From Frankiales bacterium (GTDB taxonomy: Bacteria > Actinomycetota > Actinomycetes > JAFAQI01), in contig JAICXQ010000003.1 in assembly GCA_025980325.1 (NCBI GenBank), positions 18,798-82,797 of the forward strand: a DNA stretch of 64,000 bases, in the 5' to 3' direction. Of this stretch, positions 55,870 to 64,000 are shown in pieces. The position numbers and the translations under genes are program-made. The number at the start of each line of letters is the position of its first letter. The first letter of the stretch is position 1. The notes under the pieces are model-generated. The model was not told where the DNA came from. It saw nothing but the letters and a program-made list of their open reading frames with translations, and searched no databases.

Positions 55870-57429
55870 TCAGCCGGTCGCGACCCGCTCGCGCTGCGAC
55901 GACTTCCGCTGCCTGGCCGCAACCGAACTCGTGCCGTTCGGTGGCGCGGCGGGCTCCGGAACTGCCCGGCTCATTCGCTCGTGATAGTCGGCTTCCTCGG
56001 CATCGCCGTTGCGGTCGTACCACTGCCACGCGCGCTGGTGCAGTTGGATCTGGCGCGGCAGCGTCAGCCGTTGATAGACGTAGTCCCGCACGCTCGTATG
56101 GATGAACGCCACGTCGCCGCTTCGTCCGCGCACGGCGATGTGGCATCGCGCCAAGTGGCGGCAGACGTCGGTGACCTCGCCCATCGTGCGCTGCGCGACG
56201 TAGGCCAACTGGGCGTCGCTGAAGCGGTGGCGGAAGACGCTGGCCGCCTCGAGGATGTCCCGGTCGTAGGAGTCCATCAACTCGGTCAGGCAATCCAAGA
56301 GAAATGCCTGGACCTCGTCCTGCTCGGTGAAGACCGCCATGCCGCCGGCGATCTCGTCGGTGGTCGCGGTGGTCAGCCACGAGCCGGCCAGCTGGGTGAG
56401 CTGCGGGATGCCCCTGGTCCATGCGTGCACCGAGGTGGCGAGATCGGGCGTGATGCTCGGGACCAGTTGCCGCAGCAGCACCTGCGTCTCGCGAGCGGTG
56501 AAGCCGGGGACGAGCATCGGTACGGCGCAGGACGGTCGCGGGTCCTGATGACGGCCCACGGTGATGAGTTGCAACGTCGGCAGGCGCCGTACCGCGTCGT
56601 CGAGGAACGTGCCGATGGCCGGGTCCAGCTCGCTGAGGTGATAGTCGTCGAACACGAGCAAGGTGCGCACGTTCGACAGTTCCTGAACGGCCACCCGGCT
56701 GAGCAGCAGGACGTCGACGTTGGGCAGCGAAGCGGCGGTCAGCTCGGCCAAGCGCGGATGGCGCTGGGCGCGAAGGTGTTGAGCCAGCTCGAACAGAAGC
56801 GCACGCAACGAGTCGTTGACGCCGGTGCGCAGCCGGTACCAGAGCACCGGCGCGACCGAGGATGCCTCGACCGCGAGCTCGGCGATCAGGCTGGTCTTGC
56901 CGATGCCGGCCGGGCCGTGGACGTGGACTCCCCGGTGCTTGCCGAGCGCCGCCTTCAGCGCCTCCGCGACACTTGGCCGGGGCAGGAACCCACTGATCGC
57001 AGGGACGGGCTCGAAGTAGTAGTTGCTGCTCGCTCCGGTGAGGCCCTGCAACTCGGCGACGAGATCGGCGCGCAGCAACGCGATCGCGCGGGATCGCTCC
57101 CGGGTGAGCTGGCGCACCGACAGTCCGAGCTTGTCTGCTGCGCTCTCCAGCTTCGCCCCGTCGACGAAGCAGGTTCGCAGCACCAGGTAGGGAAGCTGTT
57201 CCTTCCAACCGGCGCCGTCAGCGGGCTCCAGTCGCTCGATCGCCTCGTGCACCAACTCGGACGCCACGCGACCGACGGCGAGCGGCGATGCAGACTCGGG
57301 CAACCGGTCGCAGACTTTGAGCAACTGCGTCATGGCCGGGTCGGCCAATCGATGCGGCTCGCGAAGGTCGCCGAGCCACGCACGAACAGCGGATTCCGAG
57401 ACGATGTCGCCCACTGCGATGTCGGTCAC
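55870..57429 (-). CDS. HTH + STAND (NB-ARC/MalT-like) ATPase transcriptional regulator
   Basis: Sigma-r4-like HTH (AADKLGLSVRQLTRERSRAI), GPAGIGKT, LLVFDDYH, RGIP, winged helix, short TPR-like end. Confidence 0.8.
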   Translation of the reverse strand: MTDIAVGDIVSESAVRAWLGDLREPHRLADPAMTQLLKVCDRLPESASPLAVGRVASELVHEAIERLEPADGAGWKEQLPYLVLRTCFVDGAKLESAADKLGLSVRQLTRERSRAIALLRADLVAELQGLTGASSNYYFEPVPAISGFLPRPSVAEALKAALGKHRGVHVHGPAGIGKTSLIAELAVEASSVAPVLWYRLRTGVNDSLRALLFELAQHLRAQRHPRLAELTAASLPNVDVLLLSRVAVQELSNVRTLLVFDDYHLSELDPAIGTFLDDAVRRLPTLQLITVGRHQDPRPSCAVPMLVPGFTARETQVLLRQLVPSITPDLATSVHAWTRGIPQLTQLAGSWLTTATTDEIAGGMAVFTEQDEVQAFLLDCLTELMDSYDRDILEAASVFRHRFSDAQLAYVAQRTMGEVTDVCRHLARCHIAVRGRSGDVAFIHTSVRDYVYQRLTLPRQIQLHQRAWQWYDRNGDAEEADYHERMSRAVPEPAAPPNGTSSVAARQRKSSQRERVATG

Positions 57430-57646
57430 GTCACTCCCATCTCACCGCCGAGGGTTTGGACAGGAGATTGGACACGACGGGCACGAGTTCCTGTGTCTGC
57501 AAGCCGCGCATCGAAAATCGTCGACACCTGAAAACTAGCCCGCTCGGTCTTGTGAAACCCCTACGGCCGCGTTCCGAATCCCTTGGTTCGTGCGCGTGGT
57601 CCTCCTCCGGCTGGACGTGCGGGCTGTGCGCCACATGGTTGCGGGG

Positions 57647-57723
57647 ACTCTATTGAAAGCAGTGGGCGCAAGGTGCGCAGGTCCTGGCCAACCGCTGGAC
57701 AACCACTGGCCAGCGCGCCGCCA
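57647..57723 (-). promoter_or_regulatory. 11-bp phased heptamer array (site A) and TAGAGT -10 upstream of the STAND regulator
   Basis: Plus strand CTGGCCA/CTGGACA/CTGGCCA/GCCGCCA at 57684/57695/57706/57717. Confidence 0.7.
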
Positions 57724-57776
57724 GCCGGATCGCGGACGTCGAGTCGTCGCAGTGAACCGGAACGACCGCTCGTCGC

Positions 57777-58517
57777 TCAGCCGGCTCGGCGAGGAAACCC
57801 TGGGCTGTACCAGACGTCGCCGTGACTGGCGACGACCATACTTTCCAGATCTCGTTGACGCGCCAGCCATTCCGTCGCCGACGGCCCCATCGCATAGGCC
57901 GCCGTCGCGATCGCGTCCGCGACGGTGAGGGTGTCCGCGACGATGGTGACGCTCGCCAACGTCATCGGCCGCTGACCCGTATGCGGGTCGACGATGTGCT
58001 CGCCGCGTTCGTAGGCACCGGAAGTCGCAACCCCCTGATCGCGGACGTCGGCGACCTCGATGAGGCGCATCCGGTCGGTCGGGTTGACGATTCCGACGCC
58101 CCACGGTTGGCCGGGCTGCGGCTCCCCCATCGTGAGCACATCGCCGCCGCCGTTGACCATCATGTTGCGAGCGCCGGCCGAACGCAGCAGCGACGCGGCA
58201 CGGTCGATCGCCCAACCCTTGACCACACCTGACGGATCGAGCCGGCCGGTGGCCTGCGGATCGAAGTAACCCTCGGTGCGGTGGCGCAACTTCTCGCAGA
58301 GGTCGAGGATCTGGCGCACCTCTCGATGGCAATGGTCGACCGTGATCTCGCAGCGATCCAGTCGATTGATCTCGCTGTCCGGCTGGTACGTGCTGAACGT
58401 CTCGTCGACCCAGTGCAGCCATTGCACCGCCTGTTCGAGCGCAGCGTCGGCGACGTAGGGCTCACGGATGTCGAAGGTGAACGCGGTGCCCATGACGAAC
58501 TCGACATGTCGCATCAC
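57777..58517 (-). CDS. apbE: FAD:protein FMN transferase
   Basis: VMGT, FSTY.PDSEI.RL, VKGWAID, NGGGD, ATSG.YERG.HI.DP.TG, ADA.ATA. Confidence 0.93.
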   Translation of the reverse strand: MMRHVEFVMGTAFTFDIREPYVADAALEQAVQWLHWVDETFSTYQPDSEINRLDRCEITVDHCHREVRQILDLCEKLRHRTEGYFDPQATGRLDPSGVVKGWAIDRAASLLRSAGARNMMVNGGGDVLTMGEPQPGQPWGVGIVNPTDRMRLIEVADVRDQGVATSGAYERGEHIVDPHTGQRPMTLASVTIVADTLTVADAIATAAYAMGPSATEWLARQRDLESMVVASHGDVWYSPGFPRRAG

Positions 58518-58535
58518 CGGCAGCGTAAGCGGTGC

Positions 58536-58880
58536 CTATCGGCTCTCGCTGGCTACCGCCTCGGCGACGGTCGGCGTGATCGTGAACACCTTGTCGAGCC
58601 CGGTGATTTGGAACACCTTGAGCACCCGCTCGTCCGAGCCGACGATTTTCACATCGCCGTTGTTGGCGCGGGATCGTTTGAGCGATCCGACGAGCAGCCC
58701 GAGACCGGTGGAATCGACGAACCCGACCTCGGTGAGATCGACGACGATCCGGTGCTTGTTGTTTTGGTGGACGTCGAGCAGGCAGTCGCGGAGAAAGGGA
58801 GCGGTGGACACGTCGATCGTGCCGACGAGAGTCAACACGACGTAGCCGTCGACTTCGGATGTCGTGCAGGACAAGTCCAC
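58536..58880 (-). CDS. STAS-domain anti-sigma factor antagonist
   Basis: G.IDVSTAP.LR, DL.EV.FVDSTGLG, VFQITGLD; TAGGGT-N6-GTG. Confidence 0.92.
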   Translation of the reverse strand: MDLSCTTSEVDGYVVLTLVGTIDVSTAPFLRDCLLDVHQNNKHRIVVDLTEVGFVDSTGLGLLVGSLKRSRANNGDVKIVGSDERVLKVFQITGLDKVFTITPTVAEAVASESR

Positions 58881-59009
58881 GTGACCACCCTAGGCCGCTG
58901 GTTCCGCGAGTGGCGTCGGTTTGGTTTATCAGACGGCGATCGGGCTCGGGGCAGAACAGCTGGCGGTGCGGGTGCGGCTTCGAAAGCGTGACGTTGAGTC
59001 TACCGGCGA

Positions 59010-59489
59010 TTACGCGGCGGTCATGGTGCGCCGGAGTGCGGCGGCGACAGAGTCCGCTTCATCCCCGCGCAGCCTCAGGGTCAGCAAGCGACCTTCCGAA
59101 AGCCTCAGCCTCAGTGTCCGCAGGTATCCGCCCACGGTGGGCCGGTCGACCGCAGTGACTGTCGCGGCTGGTATCTCGGCGACAAGCGCCGGTGGCCCGG
59201 CAATCCGGCGGCGAAAGATCAGGACCCGCCGCGACGTGACCACCACGCCGACATTGCGCGGCTGGGACCACCCAAGCTTCCTCGATAGCAACGACAACCG
59301 CCGCCGGCGTTGGACGGACGTGAGCGGCACCGCGAGAAACCACCACCCCATTCCCGAATCCGTGCGGACGCCTACCTCAGTCGTTCCGGCGCCGACGGCA
59401 AGGAGCGTCTCATCCGAGCTCCCGTGGCCGCGCGCTGCGGCAGCGAGCGAATCGAGCAGCGTCGTTCTGCTCCGGATCGAAAGGCTCAC
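59010..59489 (-). CDS. Hypothetical protein (PH-like)
   Basis: VVVTSRRVLIF...EIP...VTAV; GGAGG RBS. Confidence 0.55.
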   Translation of the reverse strand: MSLSIRSRTTLLDSLAAAARGHGSSDETLLAVGAGTTEVGVRTDSGMGWWFLAVPLTSVQRRRRLSLLSRKLGWSQPRNVGVVVTSRRVLIFRRRIAGPPALVAEIPAATVTAVDRPTVGGYLRTLRLRLSEGRLLTLRLRGDEADSVAAALRRTMTAA

Positions 59490-59565
59490 CGCGCACACCT
59501 CCGCTTCCGACGTTACTCAGATTGCCGGGTGGACGGCAGGGAGGTTCTGAAACTCGTACGTACGC

Positions 59566-60366
59566 TCAGGGAGGTTGGAACGACCCAACCGCTTCGATGC
59601 CGCGATCACTGACCCGAAGCACCTCCTCGGCGAGCGGATAACCGGACCGGCTGAACTCTCGATGCACGATTCCACCGAGCCTGGGCAGCAGAACGTCGGC
59701 CGACGCCTCGCCGAAAAGCAAGAGGAAATCGCGTGCCGGAGCAACGGCGAGTACGGGCCAGCCGAGGCGCTCGGGAAGCGACGATCGAAGAGACGCGGCG
59801 AGCAGTAGCGACGCCTTGCTCGGTGACGGCGTTTCGAACGATGCGACCGGGTGGCCGGTGACCGGCTCTTCGACATAAGCCGCGGCCGCCATCATGAGTC
59901 GATCCAGCCCCTGGTCTGCTGCGTCGGAGATGGCCTCATCGCTCGCGCCCCATGAGCGTGCCTCCGGCGACGTTATGTAGCGCAAGCGTGTTTCGTCCGG
60001 CTCCACTTCTACGAGAACGCGCTGCAAATTGCGCGAGATAGCGACTCCCACTCCGTCCGGAACCTGAAGCCCGATCGGTTCCAGGTTCCAGCGCAACCGA
60101 TGCCGAATGTCCGGCCAGGCAGGCAACGGCCGGTTGTCCGCGGTGGCAATCTCGAACCAACTTCGCAGTTCGTCGTCGTCGGCGGCGTTCTCGGCGATGC
60201 GGATCGGCTCCGCCAGCGACACCACCAGGTGCCGATCGGCGGGAAGCCGGAGCATGGCCGAGGAATCTTCGACGTAAGTCCACGATCCGTTCCGCGCGCG
60301 AACAGCGGCATCCAAGGCTGCGAGGACGCGTCCCCGCGCGTCTGGCGGACGTCGTCGCAGCCGCAT
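59566..60366 (-). CDS. DUF1444-like protein
   Basis: SKASLLL, VAPARDFL, YPL..EV. Confidence 0.55.
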   Translation of the reverse strand: MRLRRRPPDARGRVLAALDAAVRARNGSWTYVEDSSAMLRLPADRHLVVSLAEPIRIAENAADDDELRSWFEIATADNRPLPAWPDIRHRLRWNLEPIGLQVPDGVGVAISRNLQRVLVEVEPDETRLRYITSPEARSWGASDEAISDAADQGLDRLMMAAAAYVEEPVTGHPVASFETPSPSKASLLLAASLRSSLPERLGWPVLAVAPARDFLLLFGEASADVLLPRLGGIVHREFSRSGYPLAEEVLRVSDRGIEAVGSFQPP

Positions 60367-60418
60367 GGCCCGCACGATAGGCCAGTGGCGATCGGCTCAA
60401 CGGACACCTACCTCACTG

Positions 60419-60592
60419 TTACACCGCTACGACGTCGATGAGGTGCTCCACACCACGGAACTCATCGGGGTTGCGGGTGTAAAGCGGCAACCTGGCCGCG
60501 AATGCGGTTGCCGCGATCAGCAAGTCGACAGCCCTCGCTGCCCGAGCCTTGCGGCCGGGTGCCATGACCGGCGCGAGGACACGTCCGTAAGC
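60419..60592 (-). pseudogene. C-terminal remnant of a VapC/PIN toxin
   Basis: AYGRVLAPVMAPGRKARAARAVDLLIAATAFAARLPLYTRNPDEF; no start and no antitoxin. Confidence 0.75.
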
Positions 60593-60605
60593 GCTACACC
60601 CCCGG

Positions 60606-61295
60606 CTACGGCGAGGTCACGAGCATGTGGACGTTCGCGACGGTGACCGTCCCGGTTCCGCCGCCGGAGCATCCGGCTGGGGAGTACGCCAAGGTGATGG
60701 TGTGACTCCCCGGTCCGACCCACGGCGACTCGAGGAAGGGCTCGCCGCCGGCCTGATCTTGGTAGGTGCCGGTCGGGTTTCCTGCCGCGTCGTAGTTCGG
60801 CTGCTCGGTCTCCATGACGGTGGGGCCGGTCTGCGCTCCGTCGACATACAGGGTCACCCCGACCTGGAAGATGTCGGGAGTACCGCACGAGTGCCCGGCG
60901 TCGAAGGTGATGTCCGCCGCCAGCCGGGCGTTCACGAACCCGCCCTCAGGTTGGGTGACCGTCAGAGCCGCGAGCGGAATCGGCGCCGGCGCGGGTGCGT
61001 CAGAGTCGTAGAAGGCCGACTCGGTGAAGCCCGACGCGTTGTCATACTGCGCGATCGGTGCCGATGCAGATTGAGCCCACGACAGCGGCGTCTCATCCTT
61101 CTTGCACGTCGCTCCGGACGTGGTGTCGATGACTCGCAGCGAACCGGTGCTCTGGACGAAACACGCGTGAATGGTGCCGGCTCCGTCCGTCCCGTCGAAT
61201 GCCGTTGACGCCGCGTATGCGGCCACCGAAACGCCGAGAGCTGCGGTTACGATCGCTCCCGCTCCGAGCACAGCAAACGCGCGCCCAGCCTGCAT
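60606..61295 (-). CDS. Secreted hypothetical protein
   Basis: Signal peptide; GTIHACF....GSLRVID....C...E..LSW domain. Confidence 0.7.
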   Translation of the reverse strand: MQAGRAFAVLGAGAIVTAALGVSVAAYAASTAFDGTDGAGTIHACFVQSTGSLRVIDTTSGATCKKDETPLSWAQSASAPIAQYDNASGFTESAFYDSDAPAPAPIPLAALTVTQPEGGFVNARLAADITFDAGHSCGTPDIFQVGVTLYVDGAQTGPTVMETEQPNYDAAGNPTGTYQDQAGGEPFLESPWVGPGSHTITLAYSPAGCSGGGTGTVTVANVHMLVTSP

Positions 61296-61492
61296 TGGCC
61301 CTCCAGGACATGCGACGCGCGCGACGCGATGTGTTGGCGCGCGAACGTCTCAGGGATCGATGTCAGATCGCGATACGTTCGCGACGGTAGAGCAGCCGAC
61401 CGAAGCTTGTCGGGCAGATCACCCAATTTGGTCAGAAATGGCCAACCACGGCCGGGCCTCGCGCACTCACGGAGCGGCCGTAAGTTCGCCTC

Positions 61493-61882
61493 ATGGACGA
61501 CCGCTCGTTGATGACACTTTGCGCCGTGACGCTCGACTGCCCGAACGCGCTGGCGCTCGCCGCCTTCTACCAGCAAGCGACCGGGCTGGCGACAGCCGAG
61601 GGGTCCGGCGAGGAGTTCGCCGGTTTGCGTGCGCCGGGAGGCCTTTTCATCGGCTTCCAGCGTGTGAAGAACTATCGACCGCCGGAATGGCCGGACCAAG
61701 TCGTTCCGCAGCAACTGCACCTCGACTTCGAGGTGGACGACCTCGATGCCGCGGAGAAGATCCTGCTGCGGATGGGCGCGACGAAGCCACAAGTACCGAG
61801 CGGCGGCGAATCGTGGCGGGTGCTGCTCGACCCGGCCGGCCATCCCTTCTGCCTCACCACGTCGAAGACGGTGCGGAACTGA
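61493..61882 (+). CDS. VOC family protein
   Basis: LDC....LA.FY, QQLHLDF, DPAGHPFCL. Confidence 0.9.
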   Translation: MDDRSLMTLCAVTLDCPNALALAAFYQQATGLATAEGSGEEFAGLRAPGGLFIGFQRVKNYRPPEWPDQVVPQQLHLDFEVDDLDAAEKILLRMGATKPQVPSGGESWRVLLDPAGHPFCLTTSKTVRN

Positions 61883-61951
61883 GATCGCGCCGGTCGGCGC
61901 GGCCCGACGGCACACACGTGTCGCTTACCCGTCTCGGGCAGGATGCGTTTC

Positions 61952-63205
61952 GTGGATCGTGCGCCGACGACGACGGGCCTGAAGGGCAACCGCGACTTCG
62001 TCATCCTGTGGCTCGGCGACATGGGCTCCGAAATGGGATCCGCGATGTCCAACCTGGTGTTCCCGCTGCTCGGGTACGCGCTGACTCGGTCGACCACACA
62101 AGCCGCGTTGGCGACAACGGCGTTCTACGCCGCCGGCACCCTCGTGCGTCTACCCGTCGGCGCCCTCGTCGACCGATGGTCGCGGCGCCGGGTGCTGCTG
62201 ATCAGCAACCTCGCCTCAGCCACGATCATCGGGACGCTCGCCGCACTGGTTGCCCTGGGAAGCGCGTCGATCGCCACTCTCGTCGTGGCCGGGCTGCTCG
62301 CTGGTGTCGCTGAGACGTTCTTCTCGCCCGCGGCGTCGGCCGCATTGCGGGCGGTCGTCGCACCGCAAGATCTGGCCCAGGCGTACACCCGTATGCAGGC
62401 TCGGCATCACGTCGCATCACTTGTCGGCCCACCGCTCGGAGGCGCGCTGTTCGCCGTTGCCGCGGCGCTGCCGTTCGCCGTCGACGCGATCAGCTTCGCG
62501 GCGTTCGCGGTCGCCGTGTCGTTCTTGCGTGCACCGCTGCCTGCCCCCGCCACTACCGGCTCCCGGCGGCTGCGCGCGGACGTGGCCGAAGGCATGCGCT
62601 TCCTGTGGGGGCAGCGGGCCGCCCGCGCCATGATGATCTGGGGCGGCATCCTCAACTTCGCGGTCACGTACGTCCTCATCTCGATCACGCTGCGTCTCGT
62701 GCGCGCCGGCGTACACCCGGCCGCCATCGGGGCCGTCGACGCGATCGCGGCGGCCGCGGGGATCCTCGGTGCTGCCGTCGCCTCCCCTTACGTACGGCGG
62801 TTGCCCACCGGTACGACGACGATGGTCACCGGTCTCGTCCTGGCCGCCGTCATCGTGCCGATGGCATGGACGACGGACGTGCGTCTCGTGGGCGCGCTGC
62901 TCGCCGTCGGCACGTTCCTGCTCCCCGCGAACAATGCCGGCATCGGCGCGTACCTCTCGTTTATCACGCCGGACGCGATGCAGGGCCGGCTCAACAGCGC
63001 CGCCGGATTCGTCTCGGACGGCCTGACGCCTCTCGCCCCGGTCGTCGCCGGCGCGCTACTGGCAGCACTCGGTGGCCGCGCGGGCGTTCTTCTCGGTGCC
63101 GCGCTCGTTGCCTGCAGCGTGGTGCCGCTCCTGCTTGAACCGTCCGTCCGACGCCTCGGCCGTCCGGCTGAATGGGCCCCCGTCCCACCGGCCGCTTCGA
63201 CGTAA
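61952..63205 (+). CDS. MFS transporter
   Basis: ~12 TM; GALVDRWSRRRVL motif A. Confidence 0.9.
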   Translation: MDRAPTTTGLKGNRDFVILWLGDMGSEMGSAMSNLVFPLLGYALTRSTTQAALATTAFYAAGTLVRLPVGALVDRWSRRRVLLISNLASATIIGTLAALVALGSASIATLVVAGLLAGVAETFFSPAASAALRAVVAPQDLAQAYTRMQARHHVASLVGPPLGGALFAVAAALPFAVDAISFAAFAVAVSFLRAPLPAPATTGSRRLRADVAEGMRFLWGQRAARAMMIWGGILNFAVTYVLISITLRLVRAGVHPAAIGAVDAIAAAAGILGAAVASPYVRRLPTGTTTMVTGLVLAAVIVPMAWTTDVRLVGALLAVGTFLLPANNAGIGAYLSFITPDAMQGRLNSAAGFVSDGLTPLAPVVAGALLAALGGRAGVLLGAALVACSVVPLLLEPSVRRLGRPAEWAPVPPAAST

Positions 63206-63211
63206 GGGCAC

Positions 63212-63868
63212 CTACTGTCGCCGTCCTCCCAGACCGAACACCGGCAGGCACTCCGCGACGCCGGCCAGCGTGATATCCGTCCGCTGGTTCTGTTGCCACC
63301 GGGCCCGCGATAGTGCCCAGCGCCGCAGTTGGAACGGCCGCCCGCGCCTCGTCGCCCAGGTCAGTCCGTTCTCCTCGTAACCGAGCAACCGCGAGATCGC
63401 GTTGGACGCATCGTTGTCGAGGAACGCTTCGCTCGTTGCCTCCCGCGCACCAAAGCCGGCAAATGCCAGGTGAAGGACTACCGAGCGCATCTCCCGGCCA
63501 ATCCCGCGGCCGCGGGCTTGCGGGGCGAGCCACGAGAACGTCGTGACGCTGCCGAAGGTCGGGAAGTCTTCGGCGATGAGGTCCTGCATGCCGACCGCCT
63601 CGCCGTCGACCTCCACGACGAGCGGCAGTCGCCAAGAGGTGGGCTCGACGCGAGCCCGCGCTGCCCAGACACCGCGGAGGAATCGCCACTCCCGGGACGG
63701 TGGCTGCTCGTAGTGCGAAATGGGGTCGTCGAAGGGCATCTCGTCATCGCCGACGATTCCTCCGCGGACGATGGGGACCAGTTCTTCAAGCAGTTCATCG
63801 GTTGCTCCGCGCAGTCTTAGCCACGGGGTTGTGACCTCGACATGTAGCGGCGGGTAGGGCAGCGGCAC
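63212..63868 (-). CDS. GNAT acyltransferase (Rv0802c-like)
   Basis: SWL....GRGIG.EMR..VLHLAF, AF.DN.AS..IS..LGY..NG. Confidence 0.85.
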   Translation of the reverse strand: MPLPYPPLHVEVTTPWLRLRGATDELLEELVPIVRGGIVGDDEMPFDDPISHYEQPPSREWRFLRGVWAARARVEPTSWRLPLVVEVDGEAVGMQDLIAEDFPTFGSVTTFSWLAPQARGRGIGREMRSVVLHLAFAGFGAREATSEAFLDNDASNAISRLLGYEENGLTWATRRGRPFQLRRWALSRARWQQNQRTDITLAGVAECLPVFGLGGRRQ

Positions 63869-64000
63869 GACTCGCACGCTACGGCGGCAGAACGTCCCGC
63901 GCACGTCGTAAGACATGTATATGCCGCCCAGCCCGCCGTAAAGCGATTGAAACGTGGCTCAAGCCGTCGGCGGCGGCACAGACAGGCACCGCGAACCGGC

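Noticed and set aside
55870-57429. Avs/NLR-type antiphage STAND
   Set aside because: The effector position holds an HTH and there is no long TPR sensor; a regulator is the better fit.
57431-57636. Possible leader ORFs (67 aa GTG; 33 aa ATG) upstream of the STAND regulator
   Set aside because: No coding bias or homology visible; more likely a long 5' UTR.
1-64000. rRNA, tRNA, CRISPR array, prophage genes
   Set aside because: None recognisable by eye; short structured RNAs could be missed without covariance searches.

Overview
High-GC DNA with actinobacterial gene content and many apparently leaderless genes. I could not support any rRNA, tRNA or CRISPR array. The first ~35 kb is an accessory patchwork: MarR, arr rifampin ADP-ribosyltransferase, VOC/GNAT/methyltransferases, an adenylate cyclase, a NarL two-component pair, and several secreted hydrolases (PNGase A, G1 peptidase, PHP hydrolase, GH36, GH92). 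Four of these hydrolases and two small exported proteins share an AGGA-N16/17-CGAA promoter-like motif. The main candidate system lies at ~35-59.5 kb. It is a tightly coupled minus-strand gene run encoding an atypical FtsH paralog, a double-AAA (CDC48-like) ATPase, six secreted beta-propeller proteins, and an embedded ferric-reductase plus FMN-binding pair. One propeller protein ends in a Pro/Gln-rich + TM + Arg tail. The run is flanked by an HTH-STAND regulator, a stand-alone IS21-type HTH, apbE, a STAS protein and a convergent IPT surface protein. Its promoters carry CTGG(A/C)CA-like heptamers repeated with 11-bp phase. All product calls come from motif recognition by eye; no database searches were run.
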